A DNA stretch of 57,769 nucleotides, taken from positions 1 to 57,769 of the IMG/VR virus record IMGVR_UViG_3300006754_000018; one strand, 5' to 3'. Of this stretch, positions 1 through 8,296 are shown one piece after another; positions within the stretch are counted from its first letter, which is position 1, and each line of letters starts with the position of its first letter. The notes beneath the pieces are model-generated. The model had not been told where the DNA came from. It ran no database searches and worked only from the letters and a program-made list of their open reading frames with translations. This DNA is from a virus. Lineage: Duplodnaviria; Caudoviricetes. A program made the position numbers and the translations under genes.

Positions 1-132
1 CCTATGCCTCTTACCTGTACTGTGCGCCCTTGCTTGTGCAGATCTAAATGCATCTCTCTCATTATGTTTAGTCACTAGATGCTTCCAATGACCAAACTGA
101 TCTTGCCATTCTATTTCAATCTTGGTGGCCAT
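1..132 (-). CDS. Hypothetical protein, 3' end truncated by the window edge (MATKIEIEWQDQFGHWKHL...)
   Basis: Manual translation: open from ATG at 132 to the window edge; not in the ORF track. Confidence 0.6.
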   Translation of the reverse strand, partial: MATKIEIEWQDQFGHWKHLVTKHNERDAFRSAQARAHSTGKRHR

Positions 133-322
133 TTTTATACCTGAAAAATATTTTGAATTCGTTTAATATATAGCTCTCGATTTCGGTTCGTTGTAGGTTA
201 GGGTAGTTAGCGGTTTTTAAGCCACCATCGCACATCACAACGCTTAACATAACATCACAAATCACTGCGAGATTCGCTGCTCTAACCTAGTGCATGATTA
301 CCTTGCTTATGCTTACATTAAC

Positions 323-351
323 ATCATAACATAAAAAAAGGAGAGTGTCAA
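323..351 (-). promoter_or_regulatory. Sigma70-type promoter TTGACA-N17-TATGAT with extended TG
   Basis: Minus strand: TTGACA at 351-346, 17-nt spacer, TATGAT at 328-323. Confidence 0.8.
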
Positions 352-362
352 CAACTCTCCTC
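333..362 (-). terminator. Intrinsic terminator overlapping the -35 box of the next promoter
   Basis: GGAGAGT/ACTCTCC stem followed by a T-run on the minus strand, just after the stop of ORF 372..557. Confidence 0.75.
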
Positions 363-371
363 TTGATTGTA

Positions 372-557
372 TTAGATAAGTGTAGCGGACTTGGTGTTAA
401 TCTTCCCCCTATTTGTGTTAGTTCTGATCCCTTTAGTTTGTGTTAACCAGAGTTCAGACTTGCGAGGGTTTCTAACAGGTAGTCTGACATATTTGATCTT
501 TTGTTGTGTATCTAAGATCTCTAAGTCTAGACGAGTTAGGTTAGCAATGTCGATCAT
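372..557 (-). CDS. Hypothetical protein
   Basis: ORF track; followed by a terminator. Confidence 0.55.
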   Translation of the reverse strand: MIDIANLTRLDLEILDTQQKIKYVRLPVRNPRKSELWLTQTKGIRTNTNRGKINTKSATLI

Positions 558-594
558 AATAAAGAAGAGGTTTGTGTTAGTTAGTGAGGACGAA

Positions 595-822
595 TCAGTC
601 GACTAGATTGTTAATCTCATCTTGTGTAATTGTCTCACAGTTTGCTTCACCTACCCACTTATTAATATGACGACTAGTTGTTACACTGTACTTAACTTCT
701 GTACGAAGGTAACCACGACTAGGAACGAATGCCGCAACTGGCGTACTATAAGAAAAGAAGACTTCTGTTCCATTGTTAACAGTAACTACGTTCTGATTAG
801 AAGCGATTGGTGTTAGTTTCAT
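595..822 (-). CDS. Conserved phage hypothetical protein (FFSYSTPVAA...YSVTTSRHINKW)
   Basis: Recognisable phage motif; AAGGA RBS; downstream of a palindrome promoter. Confidence 0.8.
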   Translation of the reverse strand: MKLTPIASNQNVVTVNNGTEVFFSYSTPVAAFVPSRGYLRTEVKYSVTTSRHINKWVGEANCETITQDEINNLVD

Positions 823-853
823 TTAGAAATGATCCTTTGTTTAGTACTCTTTA

Positions 854-911
854 ATTATACAGCAAATCGCTGTCTAATGGGAGAACACTATGCCAGTTCC
901 TTAACTGTCCT
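854..911 (-). promoter_or_regulatory. Early promoter: 22-bp palindrome (890-911) plus TATAAT (859-854)
   Basis: ATGCCAGTT-CCTT-AACTGTCCT; one of 12 copies with fixed spacing. Confidence 0.75.
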
Positions 912-971
912 TTATTGCTTTACATAAGACTCAAAGTGTGTTACTATGCTTTATAAACCCTTACAGAGTTA

Positions 972-1000
972 AGTATACAGGAGTTTCGGAGGATTGTCAA
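972..1000 (-). promoter_or_regulatory. Sigma70 promoter TTGACA-N17-TATACT
   Basis: Near-consensus match read directly. Confidence 0.75.
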
Positions 1001-1057
1001 GTAGTTTGTAACACTCAGATCCTTATGATTGGGTTTCGTGACATTATATGAACTTCC

Positions 1058-1086
1058 TTGACATTTCCGAGGATTCGTGATAGACT
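1058..1086 (+). promoter_or_regulatory. Sigma70 promoter TTGACA-N17-TAGACT, divergent and facing a non-coding region
   Basis: Near-consensus match with TG upstream of -10; no plus-strand ORF downstream. Confidence 0.65.
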
Positions 1087-1198
1087 GCTGCCCAAGATCA
1101 CTATAATTCGCTACCTTTATTCAACGTTAATCACGAAAGCAATATATCACACAAGTACGTTTATTTAACCTTTTATTTAATACACTAAAAACAACACT

Positions 1199-1562
1199 TT
1201 TTCCACAAAGTAATACAAATCTGTGGAAAACTATGTGTTAATTGTGTATAACTTGTGTAACTAATACTCCTATTCCGAGTATCACTGAAGCAAGGACAAC
1301 TGCATCCATTCCTAGTAACATTGCCATCATACATTGTCCCTCTGAATGTAATTAATCTTCCCTATCAGTTGTTGTAACATAGAGTAGATATTACCACTCT
1401 CGGATACATTTAAATCATCATACTTTTGTAAGTTCTCTAACACTAACAGTTTTAACAAAGATAACTCTTCCTTAGAGAAAGTACCTCCCTTAAGTGTAGC
1501 ATTCAATGAATTGATTGTCTCTTGCATAATAATAGTTACCTGTGGAAAAGTGTTGTGGAAAA
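1199..1562. promoter_or_regulatory. DnaA-box cluster / candidate replication origin
   Basis: TTTTCCACA at 1199-1207(+), 1222-1230(-), 1541-1549(-), 1554-1562(-); TTATACACA at 1243-1251(-); adjacent AT-rich tract ~1160-1200. Confidence 0.55.
1327..1527 (-). CDS. Hypothetical protein
   Basis: ORF track; lies between DnaA-box groups. Confidence 0.55.
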   Translation of the reverse strand: MQETINSLNATLKGGTFSKEELSLLKLLVLENLQKYDDLNVSESGNIYSMLQQLIGKINYIQRDNV

Positions 1563-1602
1563 GTTGTATATTACGTTAGTAATGTTCAACGGTATGTAAT
1601 AC

Positions 1603-1839
1603 TCAAATATCATAACTTAGTTCAAATTCTATCTCATACTCCTCGTATTCTACTTCACGAAAGTTATCATCAGGATCATACAATCTGTTAAAGAAAGTAA
1701 CACTATCCTCTTGAACATGTTTAACGAAACGTGTTACAGAAGACGGTCTAATTGCATTGAGCAAAGTAATACTATTTCCTGTCATTCTTCCGTCCTCTGT
1801 TGTTACGTCTAGATGCAATTTGTCCGAGGTTTTCGACAT
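1603..1839 (-). CDS. Hypothetical protein (true start possibly at the internal Met near 1785)
   Basis: ORF track; overlaps upstream ORF. Confidence 0.5.
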   Translation of the reverse strand: MSKTSDKLHLDVTTEDGRMTGNSITLLNAIRPSSVTRFVKHVQEDSVTFFNRLYDPDDNFREVEYEEYEIEFELSYDI

Positions 1840-1981
1840 AAACCTCTTTTACCTTTTCGTTATCTTTCAGTTGTAGCAATTCTTTCCAATTCCAGTTACT
1901 TGGTTGCACACAGTTCTTATCATTAACTGTGAAATCTAAAGTAACTCTATAACGTGTAACATGCGGTGTTTGAACGGACAT
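1772..1981 (-). CDS. Hypothetical protein
   Basis: ORF directly downstream of a perfect sigma70 promoter. Confidence 0.7.
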   Translation of the reverse strand: MSVQTPHVTRYRVTLDFTVNDKNCVQPSNWNWKELLQLKDNEKVKEVYVENLGQIASRRNNRGRKNDRK

Positions 1982-2010
1982 GGAAGGGAGAAAATAGAAG
2001 AACTATTGTT

Positions 2011-2039
2011 ATTATATAGGAGTGATATTGATATGTCAA
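2011..2039 (-). promoter_or_regulatory. Perfect sigma70 promoter TTGACA-N17-TATAAT
   Basis: Exact consensus. Confidence 0.85.
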
Positions 2040-2186
2040 GTATTATAACGAACTTGTGTTAATATCACTGGTTGGTTAATACTTATGGAGAACGATTGTG
2101 TCTTGTGAGTGTTAAAAAATCTGCGGCGTTCGTCTCGGAGAGACTCACACAATGAGAGACAAATAGAAGGAGATAATTATAAAGAA

Positions 2187-2381
2187 TTACCATGAAAATG
2201 GGTTCTCCTCGTTATCACTTTGTTCAATCAAATTGCAATCCCAATCTAACAACTTCTCATCCATAATTAAACACTCATTAACAACGTCTGGGATCCATTT
2301 ACGGGGGTGTTGATGACACTTAATGGTCAATGTTACCTCGTATTCCTTATACTCGGTAGAGGACGATTTGGTTGTACTCAT
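2187..2381 (-). CDS. Hypothetical protein
   Basis: ORF track; ATGA coupling with upstream ORF. Confidence 0.65.
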   Translation of the reverse strand: MSTTKSSSTEYKEYEVTLTIKCHQHPRKWIPDVVNECLIMDEKLLDWDCNLIEQSDNEENPFSW

Positions 2382-2509
2382 TGTAAAGAATCCTCGAATC
2401 TTTGTCTTGCAATTGATTCACATTGTTCCTCATCATACTGTGGAAAGTATTCATCAAGAACTTCTTCGTAGATAGTTTCTAGGAGTGATTCGTGGTGTAA
2501 AACTGACAT
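2378..2509 (-). CDS. Small acidic hypothetical protein (MSVLHHESLLETIYEEV...)
   Basis: Manual translation, 43 aa, fills the gap and is coupled to both neighbours. Confidence 0.6.
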   Translation of the reverse strand: MSVLHHESLLETIYEEVLDEYFPQYDEEQCESIARQRFEDSLQ

Positions 2510-2761
2510 TTAGAGACCTCTCTGATTAACAAATTGATAGGGTGATTTAGTGTTATCGGTTATTATATAATCACCTGAATCGTTCTTCTCTATAATATCA
2601 CTTCCAAGTGCGTAATCGTTAAGGATAACTTTATATTGAGTACGTCCATTAAGTGTAACAACCTTTAGGTTATTATCGGGAATTGGTTTGTTATTTAAGA
2701 TTGATTTTGTTGGATAGTAATCAATAACGAGATTACCTGATTTGTCTTGTATTTGCATCAC
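2510..2761 (-). CDS. Hypothetical protein
   Basis: ORF track, operon context. Confidence 0.65.
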   Translation of the reverse strand: MMQIQDKSGNLVIDYYPTKSILNNKPIPDNNLKVVTLNGRTQYKVILNDYALGSDIIEKNDSGDYIITDNTKSPYQFVNQRGL

Positions 2762-2994
2762 TTACTCCATGATAGATTGTATTTTTCAAGTATAATATCT
2801 CTTACATTTTCCCTGTCTAAACTATCACCATCACCCCACGTATAATGTGGAAAAGATGGATAACAACACATCTGTAAATATAACCAACTAACCGTCAATA
2901 TCATTTCCTTTGTTATACCTTCAATAGGGTATAATCCATCGTCTGAGTTATAGAAACTCCAGACATATTCAATGAAATCAGGAAGATCATTCAT
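2758..2994 (-). CDS. Hypothetical protein (GDSLDRE motif)
   Basis: ORF track, operon context. Confidence 0.7.
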   Translation of the reverse strand: MNDLPDFIEYVWSFYNSDDGLYPIEGITKEMILTVSWLYLQMCCYPSFPHYTWGDGDSLDRENVRDIILEKYNLSWSK

Positions 2995-3215
2995 GGTTAA
3001 TGTGTTTAAATAAAGGACTAATTAGATAAGAAATACTCTTTAACATCTTCAGAAGGATTGATGAGTTGTTCATAAACTTCCTTAGACAATTGTGTAAAGT
3101 TCTTATCAGTTTGTGATTCTTTTTTGATTGTTACGGTGTAACGATCTTCACCACATTTGAAAGTTGCAGACATTTAGTAAGAAATAAAATGACTGTGGAA
3201 TTCCTCCACTCTTTA

Positions 3216-3272
3216 ATAATACATCATTTAGGGGACAAATGGGGAATATATAGACACTTAAATTAGTGTCAC
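3216..3272 (-). promoter_or_regulatory. Early promoter: palindrome (3251-3272) plus TATTAT
   Basis: TAGACACTT-AAAT-TAGTGTCAC. Confidence 0.75.
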
Positions 3273-3329
3273 ACAGTTTTACCATTTGGGGTCATTGTAT
3301 GTTAGTAAGTGTTACTGTATTTGGCATGA

Positions 3330-3557
3330 TTACTGACCTCTATGTGATAATGAACCTGCGTAATTAACTTTGTTAAGTAATTCCGTCTTGTAAATGTCTA
3401 ATAGGTGAGATACATTTAGATCTTGCAATCCGTCCCACTCTTTAACATAATCCTCATTGTTAAAATCACCTGTATTATCTACAAATGATGGACAACTTCT
3501 GAATTCATATTCATCATCAACCCAGAAATGTCTTCCGAAAGTTTCACTTTGAAACAT
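3330..3557 (-). CDS. Hypothetical protein
   Basis: ORF with GGAGG RBS. Confidence 0.75.
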   Translation of the reverse strand: MFQSETFGRHFWVDDEYEFRSCPSFVDNTGDFNNEDYVKEWDGLQDLNVSHLLDIYKTELLNKVNYAGSLSHRGQ

Positions 3558-3571
3558 GATGATTGTCCTCC

Positions 3572-3754
3572 TTAATAGTTCTTTAGTGTTCTATGTGGTG
3601 GATACACATAGTTTCTGTTATTCTCAAATTGAATAACATGATTGTATGGGTGATTCTTATCACCTATCACCTCTACAGTTGCTGTTACTTTAGAGGGACG
3701 ATTGTTGGAATTAGTTGTCATTTGGATTTGGGAATTGATTGAGGTGTGCTTCAC
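3572..3754 (-). CDS. Hypothetical protein
   Basis: ORF track. Confidence 0.5.
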   Translation of the reverse strand: MKHTSINSQIQMTTNSNNRPSKVTATVEVIGDKNHPYNHVIQFENNRNYVYPPHRTLKNY

Positions 3755-3922
3755 TTAGTCCGTTAATCATTGACCATACCATTTCACCACTTAATTGATT
3801 CTCTCTGCAAATATATTCTACTGCGTCTTCTACAACTTCTTTAACTTCAAGTGCATCCTTTTGTAGATACTCAGGAATCTGATCTGACATGATTAAATGT
3901 TATAAAAGGACATAAAAAGAAC

Positions 3923-4162
3923 CTACAATGAGTAGGTTCCTGACTTTGTTAGTTGATAAAGTGACTCAATCTTTGAATCAATTGAATTAACTCTATCTGA
4001 CACACTACGACCCCCAAGTAACTCACTAGGGTGTGCATTTGGATCATCATAATTGATGTAATCCTCTAACGCACATGAGATGGTTTCCCACTCGTCATTA
4101 GTAAAAAATGATTTGATTGTTTCTCTCTGGTCGAAAGAATAATCTTGAACAGTTGTTTTCAT
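3923..4162 (-). CDS. Hypothetical protein
   Basis: ORF downstream of a palindrome promoter, AAGGA RBS. Confidence 0.7.
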   Translation of the reverse strand: MKTTVQDYSFDQRETIKSFFTNDEWETISCALEDYINYDDPNAHPSELLGGRSVSDRVNSIDSKIESLYQLTKSGTYSL

Positions 4163-4191
4163 TTGAATGAATCCTTTTGATGTACAAGTAC

Positions 4192-4250
4192 ATCATAACA
4201 TAAAAAACCACCCTCATGGGGTGGTCTTGTGACAGTTATTCAAGTGGTTT
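4192..4250 (-). promoter_or_regulatory. Early promoter: palindrome (4229-4250) plus TATGAT
   Basis: GTGACAGTT-ATTC-AAGTGGTTT. Confidence 0.7.
4202..4225 (-). terminator. Intrinsic terminator nested in promoter
   Basis: ACCACCC/GGGTGGT stem plus T-run on the minus strand. Confidence 0.75.
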
Positions 4251-4584
4251 AGTTGAACGCACGTTTGTAAGAATCTTTGACATAATTAACAGATTGAACA
4301 ACAAATGGTTTAGAATTGTTGTAACCTTTAACGACATCTTTCCAGAGTTCTTGTGTTTCCCACTGGTGAATGTTCCATCTAATCTTTATATCGTCCTGAT
4401 AATCTTTCAAAGAAAGATTAGGATTTGCAGGACGTACATTTGTCTCTACTTTGTTATCTTCCATAACAACTTTTGCAATTGTCTTATTTAGTTGAGGTGA
4501 AGGATTCATAGAGGTTGTTGTTACTTTACGGGTGCGTCTTTTACGAGGAGTTGTTGTTTTCTTCGTGGTAGTTGCACTTGGCAT
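4249..4584 (-). CDS. Hypothetical protein with basic Thr/Lys/Arg-rich N-terminus
   Basis: ORF track; promoter upstream, terminator downstream. Confidence 0.75.
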   Translation of the reverse strand: MPSATTTKKTTTPRKRRTRKVTTTSMNPSPQLNKTIAKVVMEDNKVETNVRPANPNLSLKDYQDDIKIRWNIHQWETQELWKDVVKGYNNSKPFVVQSVNYVKDSYKRAFN

Positions 4585-4668
4585 AAGTTACATTTAGTAG
4601 AGTGAATAAGTGTAGAGAGGTTCGATTTAAAGACGATTAATTAACGTCACCCTTGCCTCTACTCTTAT

Positions 4669-4725
4669 ATTATACATGATTTCAAAGGGAATACAACCAA
4701 AAATGGACACTTTGCGAACTGTACT
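4669..4725 (-). promoter_or_regulatory. Early promoter: palindrome (4704-4725) plus TATAAT
   Basis: TGGACACTT-TGCG-AACTGTACT. Confidence 0.75.
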
Positions 4726-5236
4726 ACAGGAAGTCGGTTCTGTACTTAAATGATGGTAACTTATTGCATAAGGATTGCAATACTTCAGTATCACCATCCT
4801 GTAAAGATGTTACAAAGTTAGTAACAAGAATGTCCTCTAATAATTGGTACTCATCCTCATTTAAGTTGAGTGTAAAATAGTTCATGCTGATACTTCCATC
4901 CATTTAATAGGGTTTCCAGTTGTTAGTTTCCATAGGTAAATTGGGCAACCTTCGTTATCATTAGACCAAGCATATGCTGCAGTCTTTGCTTCATCAAAGG
5001 TGTCATATTCCCTATTATAAGTTTCATCATAGTTGAAACTAATTGTTAGTGACCATTTCATTATCGTACCTGATAAGTGATACTGTCATCTGCATCTGCA
5101 AGATAACCTAACTTTTTAATAATGGAAGATTGTTGTACTGAGTATAAATCTTCTCTTACATCATACGCACGTTTCTGTAATATATCAATGAGGAAATCAC
5201 ACTCCCTCGCTGTTAAGTTAATTGACCCTTTCATTG

Positions 5237-5431
5237 TTAATTAACCTCCATATAATGATTGAAGTAAGTATCACTTACATCTTCATTATTCTCTTCTAAC
5301 TTCTTCCAAAATACATATGTATCCAGACCATTTCTATATTTTCTGTAAATATTACCATCACTAATAACATACTCAGAACCGATAGATGTCATCGTTGGAT
5401 GATTATGAACATGTTCAATCATTGGTGTCAT
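5237..5431 (-). CDS. Hypothetical protein
   Basis: ORF track, coupled operon. Confidence 0.6.
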   Translation of the reverse strand: MTPMIEHVHNHPTMTSIGSEYVISDGNIYRKYRNGLDTYVFWKKLEENNEDVSDTYFNHYMEVN

Positions 5432-5667
5432 TCTTCTTTCCTCAATTCATCGTCAATTAAATCACTTATTATGTCATTATTATATGACCAATCTGAACCT
5501 GTAAAACGATCAATTACATTGTCTAATTGTTCATCAGTGAGAACAACTTCTTCACACTCAGCAACATTTAATACGTCTGCTTTTACATCAATAAATCTAC
5601 ACATAAAAGCATAATCGTTTGGACATTCAGATAACCATTGTTCAAGTGATTTGGTTGCAGTTTGCAT
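5428..5667 (-). CDS. Hypothetical protein
   Basis: ORF track, coupled operon. Confidence 0.65.
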   Translation of the reverse strand: MQTATKSLEQWLSECPNDYAFMCRFIDVKADVLNVAECEEVVLTDEQLDNVIDRFTGSDWSYNNDIISDLIDDELRKEE

Positions 5668-5951
5668 TAGTTTTCCTCCGAAAGTTGTTCTAGTTTGAGT
5701 AAAATACTACCATATTCTTCATCTTCTTTCTTATCAAACTCTCTGTGATTCTGTTCTAATGACCATATAATAAGATCTACTTCTGATTTAGTGAATTTAG
5801 GGGTCAAAGTTACACTGTCAGGTGTAATAATAACCTTTGCATCTAACTCACTATTTGTAGCATTGGGATTGGCAATTCCATGATAAACTCCATCATCGGA
5901 CTCCCAAAATCTCTTCCACTGTGTAGGATCGTTTGTTACATCTTTAATCAT
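5667..5951 (-). CDS. Hypothetical protein
   Basis: ORF track, coupled operon. Confidence 0.65.
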   Translation of the reverse strand: MIKDVTNDPTQWKRFWESDDGVYHGIANPNATNSELDAKVIITPDSVTLTPKFTKSEVDLIIWSLEQNHREFDKKEDEEYGSILLKLEQLSEEN

Positions 5952-5954
5952 TGT

Positions 5955-6152
5955 TTATACCTCATCTCCTAAGATTGATCCTACTAATACTTCATATTCT
6001 TTCACTTCAGTATCACTTAGGCGATAAACATAGTCATCCAAAATTTGCTCTAATACAGACCTATCTTCCTTCACTACAAACATAAGATCATCAGTTAATT
6101 CTCTTCTACGTTGTAACTCTTCCTTTGATTTTGAAATGAAAGAAGTTTGCAT
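5955..6152 (-). CDS. Hypothetical protein
   Basis: AAGGAG RBS, downstream of promoter. Confidence 0.7.
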   Translation of the reverse strand: MQTSFISKSKEELQRRRELTDDLMFVVKEDRSVLEQILDDYVYRLSDTEVKEYEVLVGSILGDEV

Positions 6153-6178
6153 TAGTCTCCTTTTGTTGGTACTTTTAA

Positions 6179-6237
6179 ATTATACCATAAAAAAAGGGAG
6201 GTTTGAACCTCCCTTGTGACACTTATTTGACTGGTAC
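6179..6237 (-). promoter_or_regulatory. Early promoter: palindrome (6216-6237) plus TATAAT
   Basis: GTGACACTT-ATTT-GACTGGTAC. Confidence 0.75.
6189..6215 (-). terminator. Intrinsic terminator nested in promoter
   Basis: AAGGGAGG/CCTCCCTT stem plus T-run on the minus strand. Confidence 0.75.
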
Positions 6238-6666
6238 GGGTGACAAGTAATCTCGTTCAAATTCCTCTACACTAACATCTGGGATGTCTTTAATCAATCC
6301 TACATTGTTATAAACATCGTAACATATCCAATCTCCATTATACCAAATGTAACCATATTCTGCACCACAATTATCACATCTTTCATAGAACTCTGTGATA
6401 GAATAATCTAACTCAGGAGGACTATCTTCGCTTCTCTCACTATAATATAAGGGACGAGGTTTCCCATCAATTTGTTTCAAATTCCAGTCACTATCTGTCA
6501 GGAGTGATGATATATCACCACCATCGATTAACTCACTAATTGAATCTTTGTCATTATATAAGTGTTCCAAAATAACACCATTGTACTGAGGATAACCATC
6601 CCAGTGACAATAAACAGAGACAATTCCTCCATTTAATTGTAATCCAATTCGTGATCTTGTACCCAT
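6223..6666 (-). CDS. Conserved phage hypothetical protein (MGTRSRIG...YCHWDGYP)
   Basis: Recognisable widespread phage family motif; GGAG RBS. Confidence 0.85.
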   Translation of the reverse strand: MGTRSRIGLQLNGGIVSVYCHWDGYPQYNGVILEHLYNDKDSISELIDGGDISSLLTDSDWNLKQIDGKPRPLYYSERSEDSPPELDYSITEFYERCDNCGAEYGYIWYNGDWICYDVYNNVGLIKDIPDVSVEEFERDYLSPVPVK

Positions 6667-6970
6667 GTTTGCTCCAATTAGTAAGTGAAAAAAGGAGGGG
6701 AAGTTCCTTAGTTATTTTACACAATCGTCATGTGTCTGCTTCTAAGTCAGACTAGATTGCAACCCCTATGTGTTACTCTATCTTATGAATTACCCTCCAC
6801 ATAAGCATCAATTGCGTCAAGAAGTTCTGCACCAGATTGTGCTTCTTCTAGTGAATATAGAAGGTCTTCTTGTGCTGTTTCAGGAGCGTTTTGCAAGGAC
6901 ATTGTAATAAAATAAGCAAGGTGAATTACCCAGTTTAAAGTCATATGATAGGACTAATTGGTCTATTTAA

Positions 6971-7240
6971 TTATAGATTTGCAGGATCAGATTCCATGAG
7001 ATTATTAACAGGTCTGAGTGCAATTCGTTCTGCAATTGCTACAACTAGATCCATTGACATCTCACCATCTAATTGACAAGTTCCGTCAGGTCTTTTGTTA
7101 CCCAATTTGTCACAAATTGCGTCACCAATTACTTCCATCAAAAACTCATTTAGACGAGGAAAATCATCCTCTATGTATGCTATAACTTCTGGTACAAGTA
7201 CATCAGCAAGTTGAGCAAGAGTAGATTCAGATAATGCCAT
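6971..7240 (-). CDS. Hypothetical protein
   Basis: ORF track, downstream of promoter. Confidence 0.75.
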   Translation of the reverse strand: MALSESTLAQLADVLVPEVIAYIEDDFPRLNEFLMEVIGDAICDKLGNKRPDGTCQLDGEMSMDLVVAIAERIALRPVNNLMESDPANL

Positions 7241-7313
7241 TGATTGTTAATGAATGGGAGGTGGCGGGTGTTTCCTAACCAGTGTTGGATGTATAACCCC
7301 TGACCACTCTCTT

Positions 7314-7370
7314 ATAATACACGAGTTTGAATGGTTTGGGGAGAAATATGGACACTAATCAAAGTGTCAC
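7314..7370 (-). promoter_or_regulatory. Early promoter: palindrome (7349-7370) plus TATTAT
   Basis: TGGACACTA-ATCA-AAGTGTCAC. Confidence 0.75.
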
Positions 7371-7375
7371 ATGAT

Positions 7376-8290
7376 CTAACGTTTCCAATTCTGTCTTATA
7401 GTAAAGTTTGCATAAGAGAATTGTTTGCGATTAACTAACTTATAAGTTCCATACTTATTAGTCATAACATAACCTTCATGGGTGCATTTATCATCACCAA
7501 TGTAACATTCAACCTCTTCATCTGTTCCAATTCCTGTCATCAATAAGAGTTTAATCTCTCTGATAAAATTATATAGATGGAAGAGATTTGCATGACATCC
7601 TGTCTCTTTTGCAAGATCATTTGGATTCAATTCTCTCTGTTCCCTGATGAACTTATTAACAATAGTCTTGATAACTTCACCTTCTTTCTTATCAGGGAAC
7701 TTAACAAATCTGATTGCAGTTTGAGCAAGTCCAAGTAACAAATCAACAGTGAATGGTGTATAAACTATATTCGCATTTGTTGATAGAAACTTAACCTCTT
7801 CTGCCCTCGCATCTTTATAGTTAAACTCTGCAATCATTGACTGCAAAGTATTACCAACGTACTTAGTATGTGCAGCAAAAACTATATCTTCATCTACATT
7901 CTTATCAAACTTATAGGTAATTGTGTTGGGTGTGTATTCATTACCACCACCAAATCCTATGAAATCACCTTGATAAACTCCCTTAATCCTAGGTAGTTTC
8001 TCATAACATAGATGAAGGATTGATGCAACCGCAGGTGTATCCCCATGATTAACTTCAATGTCATAGTGTGTATAATTGACCTTAATCTTTACCTTATTAA
8101 ATACACTCTTCGTTCCTACAAAAAACTTATTATTCTCTGGATTTATACCCCAAACAACAGCAGGAGCACCGTCATACTTTACTGACAGTTCGCTACTCTT
8201 CTCTCTAAGGAATTGGATGATAGTGTGAGCACCATCTCTACCCTTATTAAGGATTGAATCTTCAGGATGTTCGAGGTGTTTGTTTTTCAT
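7376..8290 (-). CDS. Conserved cyanophage protein (DUF6267-like) with ligase/nucleotidyltransferase-like motifs
   Basis: MKNKHLEHPED start; KYDG, YQGDF, EGYV and YKLVNR motifs. Confidence 0.75.
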   Translation of the reverse strand: MKNKHLEHPEDSILNKGRDGAHTIIQFLREKSSELSVKYDGAPAVVWGINPENNKFFVGTKSVFNKVKIKVNYTHYDIEVNHGDTPAVASILHLCYEKLPRIKGVYQGDFIGFGGGNEYTPNTITYKFDKNVDEDIVFAAHTKYVGNTLQSMIAEFNYKDARAEEVKFLSTNANIVYTPFTVDLLLGLAQTAIRFVKFPDKKEGEVIKTIVNKFIREQRELNPNDLAKETGCHANLFHLYNFIREIKLLLMTGIGTDEEVECYIGDDKCTHEGYVMTNKYGTYKLVNRKQFSYANFTIRQNWKR

Positions 8291-8296
8291 ACTTAT

